Source: a virus
IMG/VR virus record: IMGVR_UViG_3300045738_001221
Coordinates: 12,367-76,366 of that record
Reading direction: 5' to 3' (one strand)
DNA: 64,000 nt
Shown here: one piece after another, positions 54,569-64,000 of the stretch
Numbering within the stretch: the stretch's first letter is position 1
Layout of the letters: every line of letters begins with the position of its first letter
Position numbers and translations under genes: made by a program
The notes under the pieces: generated by a model
Seen by the model: the letters and a program-made list of their open reading frames with translations, nothing else
What the model was told of the DNA's origin: nothing
Databases searched by the model: none

Positions 54569-55103
54569 AAATAATTCCTTTTGGTAAACAAATTGTCCTC
54601 TTGCCTGTTTTTTTGTTTAATAGATAAGCGATTCCGCAGCTTGCTACTATAAATACTTTATCCTCTAGTTCTGAAAAAAAGTCCGCAACCTCATGACTTT
54701 GTAAGAATAATTCGCCCTCCGTACAATCAGATCTATTGGAAAACCATCTCTGAAAGGGATACATAATAAGCTTTCCATATTCAACGTCGATCTCTTTGAG
54801 ATATTTCTCTGTGTCGTTCCTGTGGGTTTCAAGCTTGCTCGTAACAATTGTCTGGAAAAATGCGCTCTTTTTTATAAACTGAAGGGCGTCCAATTCTACG
54901 GCAACGTTTGTCTCGGAAACAATGACCTTTTCTACCCCTCCATCCTTTGGTTCTTGAAATCGGTTTGCCAAGGGGTTTGAAGCAATAGATGCTATCTTTG
55001 AGGCGGATCTTCTTTGACATGACAACCACTCGTGCAAACCAACCCTCTGCTCGTACTTATGGCAATAGCCAAAGTCCCGGCACTTGCAGTTGGATTTCTT
55101 CAC
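54561..55103 (-). CDS. hypothetical protein with the same N-terminal CxC...GxC motif
   Basis: GTG start at 55103, coupled to the upstream stop; CKCRDFGYC. Confidence 0.6.
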   Translation of the reverse strand: MKKSNCKCRDFGYCHKYEQRVGLHEWLSCQRRSASKIASIASNPLANRFQEPKDGGVEKVIVSETNVAVELDALQFIKKSAFFQTIVTSKLETHRNDTEKYLKEIDVEYGKLIMYPFQRWFSNRSDCTEGELFLQSHEVADFFSELEDKVFIVASCGIAYLLNKKTGKRTICLPKGIIYE

Positions 55104-56107
55104 TAGGGGCCTCCCTTTTCGCAGCCGTCCACCGGAGTAATAATTGCCGTAAACCAAGCGGCTTTCTTAGGAACCACATATTCCATTGGCGCTACTCCAA
55201 CAACCTCTGTATTGAAACAACAGTCACAATTCCAATATACAGGATTAGCCGCACTCCCTAGTCTATATTCCATTCTGAAGTTGCTGGGATCAAAAGGCTC
55301 TGCGGGATCATCTTGATAGCTACAGTCACCAGCAACGTGTTCCCAAACCATAGATAAACCGTTAGTGTGGCCATCGGTGACATTTGGGTCTGGAGGCAAT
55401 GCTTCGGTTTCCAGACCCATTCCCCCCACCCCGTCGTAGCAGCTACACACCCCACCGGCCTGCGGCGGCGTAACGCCCGGACAAATTCCCCACTCTGTTC
55501 TAAACTGATAAGAGCATGTTTTACACTCACCCTCGTAAGTGCCTTGCTCTATCGGTATTGCTGCTATCTGGTGATCACAGCAGCATAAACTAAATGTCAT
55601 CCATATGCCATCGCAATCTATGGATTCTCCGGGGAAATCGGGGCAATCCCCCCCACCACCATCGCCGTTCCAAGTCCCGACTGGGGCTTGAGAGTCGGTG
55701 GTCGGTTCGCCGCCGCAAAAACATGCCCCCCAATCCTCACCCGTTTTGTTCGCCCATTTTTCATAAGGATGCTGCCTGCCCCAGTAGGGGCATATCTCCT
55801 CATCGAGGTAACAATAATCGCTTGCGACATTTGCGGAAGTGGGGTTATCGGTATAGCAATAGTGATCTTGGAAGTTATCCCAAGTGGCTCTTTCCATTTC
55901 AAATTCCAGACCATCCATTCCGTCGCAACAAAATGCTGTTATAACTACCTCTAGGTCACAAAGAGGGGGGCATGTGCAGCATAGGGGTGGGCATCCGGTG
56001 CAGTTATTATAGTGGCCATCAAACTCTGTGGTGCATCTGTAGCAACAGTAGCAGCAATCTTCGCCACCCCACGGCCCCGCTAGATAAATTTTTTCATGTT
56101 CTGCCAT
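55103..56107 (-). CDS. extremely Cys-rich acidic protein
   Basis: AGGAG RBS; about 33 Cys in 334 aa by hand count. Confidence 0.7.
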   Translation of the reverse strand: MAEHEKIYLAGPWGGEDCCYCCYRCTTEFDGHYNNCTGCPPLCCTCPPLCDLEVVITAFCCDGMDGLEFEMERATWDNFQDHYCYTDNPTSANVASDYCYLDEEICPYWGRQHPYEKWANKTGEDWGACFCGGEPTTDSQAPVGTWNGDGGGGDCPDFPGESIDCDGIWMTFSLCCCDHQIAAIPIEQGTYEGECKTCSYQFRTEWGICPGVTPPQAGGVCSCYDGVGGMGLETEALPPDPNVTDGHTNGLSMVWEHVAGDCSYQDDPAEPFDPSNFRMEYRLGSAANPVYWNCDCCFNTEVVGVAPMEYVVPKKAAWFTAIITPVDGCEKGGP

Positions 56108-56131
56108 TTCTTAGCATTCTCCTGTAGAATA

Positions 56132-59100
56132 TTATAGGTAATCACCCGGCTGTTCAGTTCCCTCGCAGTCTTCATACGGCAGCACGCCTGTGAATAATCC
56201 ACAATCAGTAAATCTTAAATTTTTGTATCGAATTACGAGACCACTTCCCCCGGAGCAGCATACGTCGTGTACGACCCTGACGCTCCCGACGCCATGATAA
56301 CAGAGTGGTTCTATATTAATAGTTATGTCGCACACTTTCGAGTTGCCCGCATATCCAGCGCCAGCATCACAGGAAGTAGGCCCATTCCCGCTAAGACCGC
56401 ATCCAAGGTTGATAGTTTCTAGCCCTTGTACATAGCCTTCCCCTCCGTGTGCGGTGCTATGCGACGTGGTGTTTCTTTGTCCGCCGGGATATGCCACACC
56501 GCACCCTAGGCCTGCGGACAGCGCTGTTTCTATGTACTGATATCCACTTACATCGACTGAGCCTATTGTTTTAGCTCCAGTTACATCATACATGAATAGG
56601 CCGGGCCCAGCAATAAGTCCCTTACAGGCTTCTCCGAAAGCGGACGTGGCAAGAATATGGTCTTCTACATACTTCCCACACCAGCTCGATGCTGCTTGAG
56701 CGCAAGATACGTTGACAGCTTTTTTTTCACATACTCCGGTAGCCTCGATGTAAACAAAGTCACAATCCTGAGTGGGGCCAGTTTGATCGCTCCTTCCTCC
56801 GCTGTAAACGGCCAGCCCGGACCCAAAAATCAATGTTCCCCAATCCGCAATACAGTTACTCCCGAGCTTTTTAATGACAGAGCGACCAGTAGAGCCAGCA
56901 GTTCCAGTGGACCCAACGTCAAAAACCGGCACTCTAAGGGAAATAAAGGTGCCTGTGCCAGAGGGAAACTGGTCTCCGCACGAGCCAACAGTGTCGGCGT
57001 TTTGGTTTATTGCCACCTGAGCCGCTTGCAGCCCACTCCCCACTATTATTGTATTGCTTGTCCAGCAGCCTCTGTCAGACTGGGCATGGCACTGCTCGCC
57101 CCAAGCAATAGAATCATAGCAAATTCCCGTGTTATAGAAGACGGGGGGAGCCCCGCCCACGAGGGGGTAGTATTTACATGCAATTGAATCGTAAACCGCA
57201 AAGAAGCTGTCCCCTTGCGCAATATCAGCACCCCAGCTTGGGTTGTTTACTTCAATTGTCCCGGACGTATTAGGTATACTAGCTCCAGCGCTGTCATAAA
57301 CGGGATTGGATACAGTCCCCATGTCAAGAGCTTGGACATCATCACGAGACGTTCCCGCCGCAAGAATCCCACCCGTATTGGCAGCTTGAATAATCTTATA
57401 CTGGATGGGCTGAGTCCAAACGCCCCTTGCTCTGTCAAACCTAAGGTCTACAGGAGCAACTGGCCAAGTGTGGGGCTTTCTTAGGTAATGACTCAGGAAG
57501 CGGTCAGTTAATCCAACAGCCTTAAAAGTCCCTCCCGACGCGGCTCCTTCGGTGTCTGCTTCGTTTGGAACGGGCTTGCCGTCTAAATCAAAACCCCACC
57601 CATGCATTAACATTGGACCTTTCATTGCCAACATTCTTAGAGATTCAGGAAAACTATTGCCCTCTCTTACATATGCATCCAATTGCATTGAGCCTTTTGG
57701 AGGAACCGTTCCGTGAGCCACTATTGATATATCTGTGTGATTTCTCGCAGCATTAGGATTATCATCATGTTTATTTCTACCCGGATAAGCATAGGGATCA
57801 AAATAATCAATATCAATAATGCACGGCTTGTAAAAATGATCCCCATTAAAAGGAGGGTTAATGTGTCTTGATTGGTGAGGTCTTTCTGTCCAACACAAGT
57901 CCCATGGTGCGGCCCTCCCATTGGCAGTCTTGGCATAGCGAGGTAGCATTGTGCCAAGCTTCTGATCGTTACTTACGGGTCTGAAGAAACCATCGTTGCT
58001 TGTGATGGCCTGATGTTTCCAATCTTCGGGATTGCCCATACGAAGCGTGCGAGGAGACAAATTCGTTGAATTCGTCAATACTGTAGTGTGGTCATCCGTG
58101 GTCTTTTTGCCCTCACCCATCCCGCCAGTTTTTATGGTATTCGCATTTGGAGCATCCTGTTTGCTCTGTCTCTTATTTTTCATATCTTTAAGTGAACGGG
58201 AAGTCCTAGTTTCGGCAGCCCTTAATGCCCTTGCAAGCTTATTTCTCTCTCTTTGGGCCTTGAGGAAGGAAGTCCTCTGTCTACCTATTATCTTCAGCCT
58301 ATTGGCATTGTATTTGGCAAACCTTCCGAAGCTGGGTGAAAAGGTACTGAGTGTGTAATTGGTAGTAAATCCATTCTCTCCAATGTTTATCTGTATGTTT
58401 GTAATATTGGGCCCAAATTCCCCATCCCATGAGCCGATATCAATTTTCTTCAGGTCGAAGGACTTGTTGAGAACTTTGAAGGTATCGTTTTGAATGCTCA
58501 AGAAGGACATAACCTGTTGTGCGGATCTAAGTTCAGCACCAAGTCTTCTTGTGGGGTGACCGGGGAAGTTTATTGAACCTCTTTCACCTTCTTGCATATA
58601 GGTAACGGCAGACCTTGCATGTTCCGACATCACGTTCGGGGAGCCGTTCATTAAATTTGTGTAGCCAGCATACTCCCACGGAACAAGGCCATCGTCGGCA
58701 ACAAAATGAACCTGACCCGGAGGGCCCTTGAATGCTTGGGGCCCATATCTAGTGGTGTTACTCTTCATTGGAACAGCAGCTTCGCTGGGAGTTCGCCTGC
58801 GAGGAACAATTGCTATAGATCCGTCCGTACCTCTTTGGTTGTCTGGGCTGAAGGTTAGGGCAAATTTAAGGTTACTTATATCAAGGGCGGACAGGCCGGA
58901 CTGGTGAGCTAGTTCAATAAGACCCCCGAAGCTAGGGTCAATGTCAGCTAAATCTTTCTCAAGGCCGCTCATCTCAATTGGATTGTCCACCTTGAGGACA
59001 GCCGTGGCATACCCAAAATAATTTAGTGGCTTTTCTTCTACTTGTGCCTTTACATATATTGATTCTATGCCACCTGCGGGAGTATATACAATCCAGTCAC

Positions 59101-61009
59101 CTTCTAGAGCAACGGCACCGGTATTTGTTTTATAGTAACGAGCAATAGGTAAGATTTTATTTACATCGTCAGTAAAGTGATCTGTGGGGACGCCGGGGGT
59201 TCCCTCGACCGAATCAACTGGAAGCCCAAGAATGTTCGTTACTCCCGGAGCTGGCCAACCGCCATCCTGAGTTGGATTATCTGAGTACATTATTTGCCCA
59301 GAATCTGCTTCGTTACACCAACAAACATAGGGAAGCTGTACCAAAAATTGTTTGCCGTAATAGGTGTCGGCCCAGTTTTGGATAAAGTCGTGTACCTTGC
59401 GGAGGTCTCCGTTTTTGGGATCTTGGGGATCTTGATCGGGCTGGAAAGCTATTCCAAAACTAAGCAAGTTTGAAAAGTTTCTACCTATGGTTCCCTTGTC
59501 GTTCAATCCAACATGTCCAAAATGAATCTGGGGCCCATTTATATTAAGAACACTCCTCAACTGGTTTCCAAAGTTGGTCCCAACTCCCGCATTATAAGTC
59601 AAAGCATAGTTCATCCATGGATCAAAGCCCGCTAGGGCCATCCGAATCTCCCTTTCGTTAATACTTATATAGTGGTTACCGACCCTTCCCGGAGCAGTCC
59701 CTCCCGCAATAGTATTCTGTAAAGTTAAATTAAGGGGTCTAATGTCAAGATAAACCTGCCATTCTCCTAGCTCACGGCCTGTTAGTGTGTTGTTGTATGC
59801 TACTGTAAGATTATGTGCCGCATCATATCCCCAGAATTGGATTATTTCCCCATCAGATTTCACGGAAAACTGGTCCTGTTGATAAATTGTCTGAACATAA
59901 CCACCATAAACAAAGGCTTGGGTGGGTTCATTTCTAAGCTCCCTACCAATATTTTTGGAGGTTACATTTACTGTCTCATTTACAAATTCCTCGATATCTC
60001 CCAGACTAGGAGCAACTGCACGCTCCACTACTCTGACCTTAATACATTTCTTTTTTTGTTGGGTTACAAGAAGTTCAATGTAATAGTCACACCCAGAATC
60101 CGTAAGAACCTGACTAATCATATCAAGGAGGCTAATGCTAGGGCCAGCTATTCTATAGAAAGCTGGGGTAAAGGGAACCTCAGATATATCAATATAGTAC
60201 TGAGAAACATATTTATGTCCTCCTGCTGCTGCGAGAGCTGCATCTGTTGTGTCTTCGGGGCTGTCTTCTATAATTCCGTAATACCCTCCGTCCGAAGCCT
60301 TGTCGGAGTCCGGGTCGGGTCCTCTATATGAACCATAACCATAAGGAGAAAAGGCAGAGGGGTAGCCACTCAGTAGTCGTTGAACAGCGTACCTTAAGCC
60401 GCCCGGTCCCGCTGGCTGGTTCCATGGGGTTCCTTCGTTGTTGTTTGCTGCTCCACAGAAGCCTCCTGCGGGCGAACCAAAGCTTGCTCCATTTACAACC
60501 GAGTGGGGGCAGGCATATCCCTCGGATTCTAGCCAACCATAGGCATTGATAATATTATAAACAGAACCAACGCCCCCTGCATAGTCACTAACAATAATCT
60601 CTAGGTTTTGCAGGATTAAACGGGGGTCAACAATTTGAACTGTATAAACTGGATTTCCACCGGTGCCAAAGTCCTCCGTCCAAGATTGTATAATTCCGGC
60701 AAACTCAAAAATGTCTGAGCTGGTTCCAGCATCTCCCCCTATTCTAAAGTAAACAGGGATTCCAATGGTTGGTTTAATAAATCCGGGGTCAGCCTCTCTT
60801 GTTTCCACTCTTTGTCCCGGCTTGGGATAATAGACCTTCGGTGTCTTGCCAGCCGGGACTTCGCAGGGGTCATCTACCAAAGTAATAGTAAGTGAGGATT
60901 GCTGTTCATTCCAACCCATAGAGCAGCTAACTGACTGCACAGACGAACCCAGAAATATAGTCTGTTCTTTTGGTCCGTATATACTAGTTGGTGCGCAAAC
61001 CTTTGGCAT
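56132..61009 (-). CDS. large virion/tail protein with Cys-rich C-terminal region
   Basis: 1625 aa; Gly/Ser/Thr-rich beta character; hub/tail-like N-terminus; structural-module context. Confidence 0.65.
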   Translation of the reverse strand: MPKVCAPTSIYGPKEQTIFLGSSVQSVSCSMGWNEQQSSLTITLVDDPCEVPAGKTPKVYYPKPGQRVETREADPGFIKPTIGIPVYFRIGGDAGTSSDIFEFAGIIQSWTEDFGTGGNPVYTVQIVDPRLILQNLEIIVSDYAGGVGSVYNIINAYGWLESEGYACPHSVVNGASFGSPAGGFCGAANNNEGTPWNQPAGPGGLRYAVQRLLSGYPSAFSPYGYGSYRGPDPDSDKASDGGYYGIIEDSPEDTTDAALAAAGGHKYVSQYYIDISEVPFTPAFYRIAGPSISLLDMISQVLTDSGCDYYIELLVTQQKKKCIKVRVVERAVAPSLGDIEEFVNETVNVTSKNIGRELRNEPTQAFVYGGYVQTIYQQDQFSVKSDGEIIQFWGYDAAHNLTVAYNNTLTGRELGEWQVYLDIRPLNLTLQNTIAGGTAPGRVGNHYISINEREIRMALAGFDPWMNYALTYNAGVGTNFGNQLRSVLNINGPQIHFGHVGLNDKGTIGRNFSNLLSFGIAFQPDQDPQDPKNGDLRKVHDFIQNWADTYYGKQFLVQLPYVCWCNEADSGQIMYSDNPTQDGGWPAPGVTNILGLPVDSVEGTPGVPTDHFTDDVNKILPIARYYKTNTGAVALEGDWIVYTPAGGIESIYVKAQVEEKPLNYFGYATAVLKVDNPIEMSGLEKDLADIDPSFGGLIELAHQSGLSALDISNLKFALTFSPDNQRGTDGSIAIVPRRRTPSEAAVPMKSNTTRYGPQAFKGPPGQVHFVADDGLVPWEYAGYTNLMNGSPNVMSEHARSAVTYMQEGERGSINFPGHPTRRLGAELRSAQQVMSFLSIQNDTFKVLNKSFDLKKIDIGSWDGEFGPNITNIQINIGENGFTTNYTLSTFSPSFGRFAKYNANRLKIIGRQRTSFLKAQRERNKLARALRAAETRTSRSLKDMKNKRQSKQDAPNANTIKTGGMGEGKKTTDDHTTVLTNSTNLSPRTLRMGNPEDWKHQAITSNDGFFRPVSNDQKLGTMLPRYAKTANGRAAPWDLCWTERPHQSRHINPPFNGDHFYKPCIIDIDYFDPYAYPGRNKHDDNPNAARNHTDISIVAHGTVPPKGSMQLDAYVREGNSFPESLRMLAMKGPMLMHGWGFDLDGKPVPNEADTEGAASGGTFKAVGLTDRFLSHYLRKPHTWPVAPVDLRFDRARGVWTQPIQYKIIQAANTGGILAAGTSRDDVQALDMGTVSNPVYDSAGASIPNTSGTIEVNNPSWGADIAQGDSFFAVYDSIACKYYPLVGGAPPVFYNTGICYDSIAWGEQCHAQSDRGCWTSNTIIVGSGLQAAQVAINQNADTVGSCGDQFPSGTGTFISLRVPVFDVGSTGTAGSTGRSVIKKLGSNCIADWGTLIFGSGLAVYSGGRSDQTGPTQDCDFVYIEATGVCEKKAVNVSCAQAASSWCGKYVEDHILATSAFGEACKGLIAGPGLFMYDVTGAKTIGSVDVSGYQYIETALSAGLGCGVAYPGGQRNTTSHSTAHGGEGYVQGLETINLGCGLSGNGPTSCDAGAGYAGNSKVCDITINIEPLCYHGVGSVRVVHDVCCSGGSGLVIRYKNLRFTDCGLFTGVLPYEDCEGTEQPGDYL

Positions 61010-61026
61010 TTAATTATTTCCTTTAC

Positions 61027-62787
61027 TTAGCAATCCGTATGTATCCATGCGGCGGTTCTTCCCAGCCTGCCCGTCTTGGGGTCCCAGTTCATATTATCAG
61101 CAGTTTTGAAGTAGGTTCCGTAATTGTCGGAAATTCCTACTTCTACTGAATCTATAAGTGCTGAATAAAATCCAGTAGGGGCTCCTCCCCAAAAATCCCC
61201 GGTACAAACCCCGCTGAAATCGGGCACAACAATTGCCTCTATACTGCACTCTGTTGTTGATGCCGTCTTGGTTCCGATATCCTGTAGTATTGGGCCGTTA
61301 ACCCTTCCTAGTATTGTTAAGCTTGCATGAACGTCTGTTGCCAATCCTCTCGATATACTGATAGTCTCCGAAAGGGCACCACTGTAACAATTGTCTGGTC
61401 TGTTATTATATGAAAAATTATAAGATATTGTCCCCTCATTAGTATTATATGCGAGACTCTTGGAGATTGGTTCAGGCAATAAGTTTAATAATATAGTAGA
61501 AGGACTACCTAATCCGCTGTAAGCAGTAGCCGCCCTGTTGTAAAAGAGGGGAGATCCACTTTCCTTGAAGAGATAAGCACTCACGCTTCCGGGATGAACC
61601 ACCTTATATCTGCCCACCCCAGTTACTGAGTATATAGCTTCGTCCAAATACCTCTGGGCAAGAGCAATAGCCGTAGACATCTTGTTGTTTTCATCGGTCG
61701 CGCGTCCCAGAGGTCCCATTTGACCACTACCATCTGCCGTCGATGTTCCCGCAAAACTCTCAAGTCCCTTTACCTCTCCCTGAAGATTAACCTTAACTAT
61801 AGCATCTTCTAGTGAAGACTCAACATCTAAGCTAAATGTATCTATTACATTCCCAGTAGGAACCCCAGAACCAACATAGCTTCCAGACGTTGGTTTCATA
61901 ACATAGGTGTCAGACCAATTAAAACTTCCACCAAGAATGTTGATGCCATGATTTCTTTGTGTCAATACTGGATCAGTGAATCCACTGGCCGTCCCCGTAA
62001 AGGCAGTAGTCTGCTTTAAAAATCCGCTGGCAATATCGTCAAAGTCAGCCTGTGTTGGGGGGTAGAAATAGGTCTTTGTTTCTGATCCCTCTATGGATTG
62101 GGCGCTTGTGTTCACCCCGATCTGAAGCCAGAGGGGGGTACATCCTGTTCCAAACTGGTGGGGTTTTGCTAAAATCTCTACGGAGTAATCCCTTTCATAA
62201 GATTGCAGCTCCGCAAATTCAAAGCCAGTTCCAAAGACCCCCGTGTCTGCCGCCATAAAATCGTATGCCCCGCTCCATTGTTTATACGATCCGACATCAC
62301 CTAATCCAGTCCCTGTAGAGAGGTGGCTTCTTGAAAATAGATCAATAGTGTAATTGATTTTATTTACCCACTGGTCGTTACTATCAAACTGTACCTCATT
62401 GATTCTGGTGCCGCTTGTATAGATAGCATATCCGTCGCAAAGGGCATCAGAAGATGACCCCATAAACCTAACTTTAAATAGCTGGCCGTCTTGGTTAAGG
62501 GCATATAAGAGATCGTCCTTGGCCCGGAAGCTAGTCATGGCGTTCGACGTTCCATCAAATGAATGTCCTGAAGTTGCTGGTAGCGTGCTAACACTTGCGG
62601 CTTCAGCAGTGGTTAATCCTGTACCTCGAACTGATCCGGGAAGCAAGCTTCCATTAAGTGAAACGCGATAGCCTCCACCGAACACGGTTCCGTCATTTGC
62701 TTTATATTGTTCCCTAGAGATACTCATAAGCGGCGCAGGCTTAAACTGATAGTCGCCGTAGAATACCTCAACTCCTGTGATTGTCAT
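61027..62787 (-). CDS. putative tail structural protein
   Basis: 586 aa, Gly/Ser/Thr-rich, follows the putative tape-measure gene. Confidence 0.6.
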   Translation of the reverse strand: MTITGVEVFYGDYQFKPAPLMSISREQYKANDGTVFGGGYRVSLNGSLLPGSVRGTGLTTAEAASVSTLPATSGHSFDGTSNAMTSFRAKDDLLYALNQDGQLFKVRFMGSSSDALCDGYAIYTSGTRINEVQFDSNDQWVNKINYTIDLFSRSHLSTGTGLGDVGSYKQWSGAYDFMAADTGVFGTGFEFAELQSYERDYSVEILAKPHQFGTGCTPLWLQIGVNTSAQSIEGSETKTYFYPPTQADFDDIASGFLKQTTAFTGTASGFTDPVLTQRNHGINILGGSFNWSDTYVMKPTSGSYVGSGVPTGNVIDTFSLDVESSLEDAIVKVNLQGEVKGLESFAGTSTADGSGQMGPLGRATDENNKMSTAIALAQRYLDEAIYSVTGVGRYKVVHPGSVSAYLFKESGSPLFYNRAATAYSGLGSPSTILLNLLPEPISKSLAYNTNEGTISYNFSYNNRPDNCYSGALSETISISRGLATDVHASLTILGRVNGPILQDIGTKTASTTECSIEAIVVPDFSGVCTGDFWGGAPTGFYSALIDSVEVGISDNYGTYFKTADNMNWDPKTGRLGRTAAWIHTDC

Positions 62788-62811
62788 TTAAAAATCTCCA
62801 ATTAATTTATA

Positions 62812-64000
62812 TTAAGTGTTCGGGTATGTTGGACCGCTATCATTGCTCATGGGGCTATTCTTTGTCTCTAAAGTATCAACCCTTGCAGCAAGTTGCTCAA
62901 ACTTTTGGCCAACATCCCTGAATATAATTGCTTCAACAACCTTTCCGATCTCGGTTTGCATATTGTTGGTATTTACTATAACCTCTATGCGAGGAGTTTG
63001 CAGTGTTAATTGTATTTCTTTAGGAATTTTTGCCAAAGATCCCACCACCGTTTGAAGCACTCCCACAAAGCCATTGAATAATTGATGAACGGGGCCATCT
63101 GCTGCAAATGTTTCTTTAAATGTTTCTAGCCTGCTAACTGTCTCATCCCCGATAAGGGGCGACGCACCAGCTCCCATTGCTTCTCCTGCCGTTTTACCGT
63201 TCATCGATATCCCATAACCCCCCGTCTTGGTTCCCGATTGTGATGAATGCATTCCAGCAGGCTCAGGAGGGACTATGCCGACACCCGCTCCCAGCATAGC
63301 GGCATTGTTGTCCGTGTATCTTCTGTACATGTCCCGAGAGTTAGCTCCCCGCGTCACGCCCCCACCCATTCCACCCACTCCCGTTGTCAGATCCTTCGTG
63401 CCCACCGCCGCTGTGGTCATCGTAAGTGCGTTATCGAGAGCACTAACCCCTCTTGCTACGACTGCTCCGGCGATGGGAATTGCCTGTAGCGCTGTTTCTG
63501 CGTAAGCGGCATTCTCACCAATCGAATCAGAAAACGCCCTTAAAGCATCCCTACCTATGTCCCACCAACTGTGAAATCCACCCGGTGGCTCCGTCTCCGC
63601 TGTCCCTTCAGCAGTCCGGCTGCTGCTCAAATCCTTGTTCAGCAACCGGCCTGTTCCAAATAATCCCTCGTCGGGGGCCCCGAATCTCCTTCTCGACGTC
63701 GGCCAGCCTTCCATCGGCTTCGGCATGGGAACCGTCTTCGGTCCTCCCTCCGGCGGGATGTGCACCGGCATGGGAACCGTCTTCGGTCCTCCCTCCGGCG
63801 GGATGTGCACCGGCATGGGAACCGTCTTCGGTCCTCCCTCCGGCGGGATGTGCACCGGCATGGGAACCGGGGGCAGCTCCGGCAGATCACTAAATTTATC
63901 CGGCGGCCGTTGTTCCCTATCCGACGGGAGCTCACGGCGCACGCTGTCGCCCGGCTTATCTTCTGGCGGCCGTTGTTCCCTATCCGACGGGAGCTCACGG
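62812..64000 (-). CDS. C-terminal part of a large protein, possibly tape measure (5' end outside window)
   Basis: Frame stays open from 63942 to the window edge; Ala/Gly-rich helical segments; Pro-rich repeats. Confidence 0.55.
   Translation of the reverse strand, partial: RELPSDREQRPPEDKPGDSVRRELPSDREQRPPDKFSDLPELPPVPMPVHIPPEGGPKTVPMPVHIPPEGGPKTVPMPVHIPPEGGPKTVPMPKPMEGWPTSRRRFGAPDEGLFGTGRLLNKDLSSSRTAEGTAETEPPGGFHSWWDIGRDALRAFSDSIGENAAYAETALQAIPIAGAVVARGVSALDNALTMTTAAVGTKDLTTGVGGMGGGVTRGANSRDMYRRYTDNNAAMLGAGVGIVPPEPAGMHSSQSGTKTGGYGISMNGKTAGEAMGAGASPLIGDETVSRLETFKETFAADGPVHQLFNGFVGVLQTVVGSLAKIPKEIQLTLQTPRIEVIVNTNNMQTEIGKVVEAIIFRDVGQKFEQLAARVDTLETKNSPMSNDSGPTYPNT
63721..63869. repeat. 45-bp perfect tandem repeat x3.3 (VPMPVHIPPEGGPKT on - strand)
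   Basis: Unit cggcatgggaaccgtcttcggtcctccctccggcgggatgtgcac at 63721, 63766, 63811, partial at 63856. Confidence 0.97.
63902..64000. repeat. 36-bp repeat with 63-bp period (RELPSDREQRPP), truncated by window
   Basis: ggcggccgttgttccctatccgacgggagctcacgg at 63902 and 63965. Confidence 0.9.

Noticed and set aside
977-63998. Many short antisense or alternate-frame ORFs in the track (e.g. 1403..1798, 14643..15119, 56657..57187, 63453..63893)
   Set aside because: Shadows of well-supported genes with no RBS or recognisable motifs.
1-64000. Genome-wide stop-codon reassignment
   Set aside because: Conserved genes are full length in code 11, and TGA, TAG and TAA all end genes at expected C-termini (e.g. 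glmS and dut end in TGA).

Overview
Fragment of a large (probably jumbo) dsDNA phage genome in standard genetic code. The host is most likely a Planctomycete (inferred from two Tat-exported DUF1501 proteins and a planctomycete-secretin-like motif). + strand, 1-53.6 kb: (i) a ~12 kb nucleotide-sugar/glycan cluster (GlmS, GT-D, GT11, DegT, GNAT, methyltransferases, three SDR epimerases, HddA-like kinase, HAD phosphatase, cytidylyltransferase); (ii) a tmRNA with tag AEKEILALAA; (iii) accessory and nucleotide-metabolism genes (matrixin, SSB, dUTPase, class II RNR, dCMP deaminase, IscA, archaeal-type GAPDH, PhoH); (iv) a replication module (RecA, DnaB, primase, dNMP kinase, Cas4-like nuclease, and a DnaE split into two intein-less genes around a 3'-5' exonuclease) plus a sigma factor; (v) a second, divergent glycosyltransferase cluster. 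After a bidirectional terminator at ~53.6 kb the - strand carries Cys-rich and probable tail genes. The top finding is a gene the ORF track cuts short: 26018..26302 has a strong RBS and ATG, one in-frame TGA at codon 23, and a bacterial SECIS-like hairpin 11 nt downstream, making it a candidate phage-encoded selenoprotein of unknown family. Other highlights are the split DnaE, a pseudoknotted ~200-nt RNA upstream of the RNR locus, and a methyltransferase with an in-frame insert that copies 64 bp of a gene 49 kb away. All product calls come from motif recognition by eye; no searches were run.
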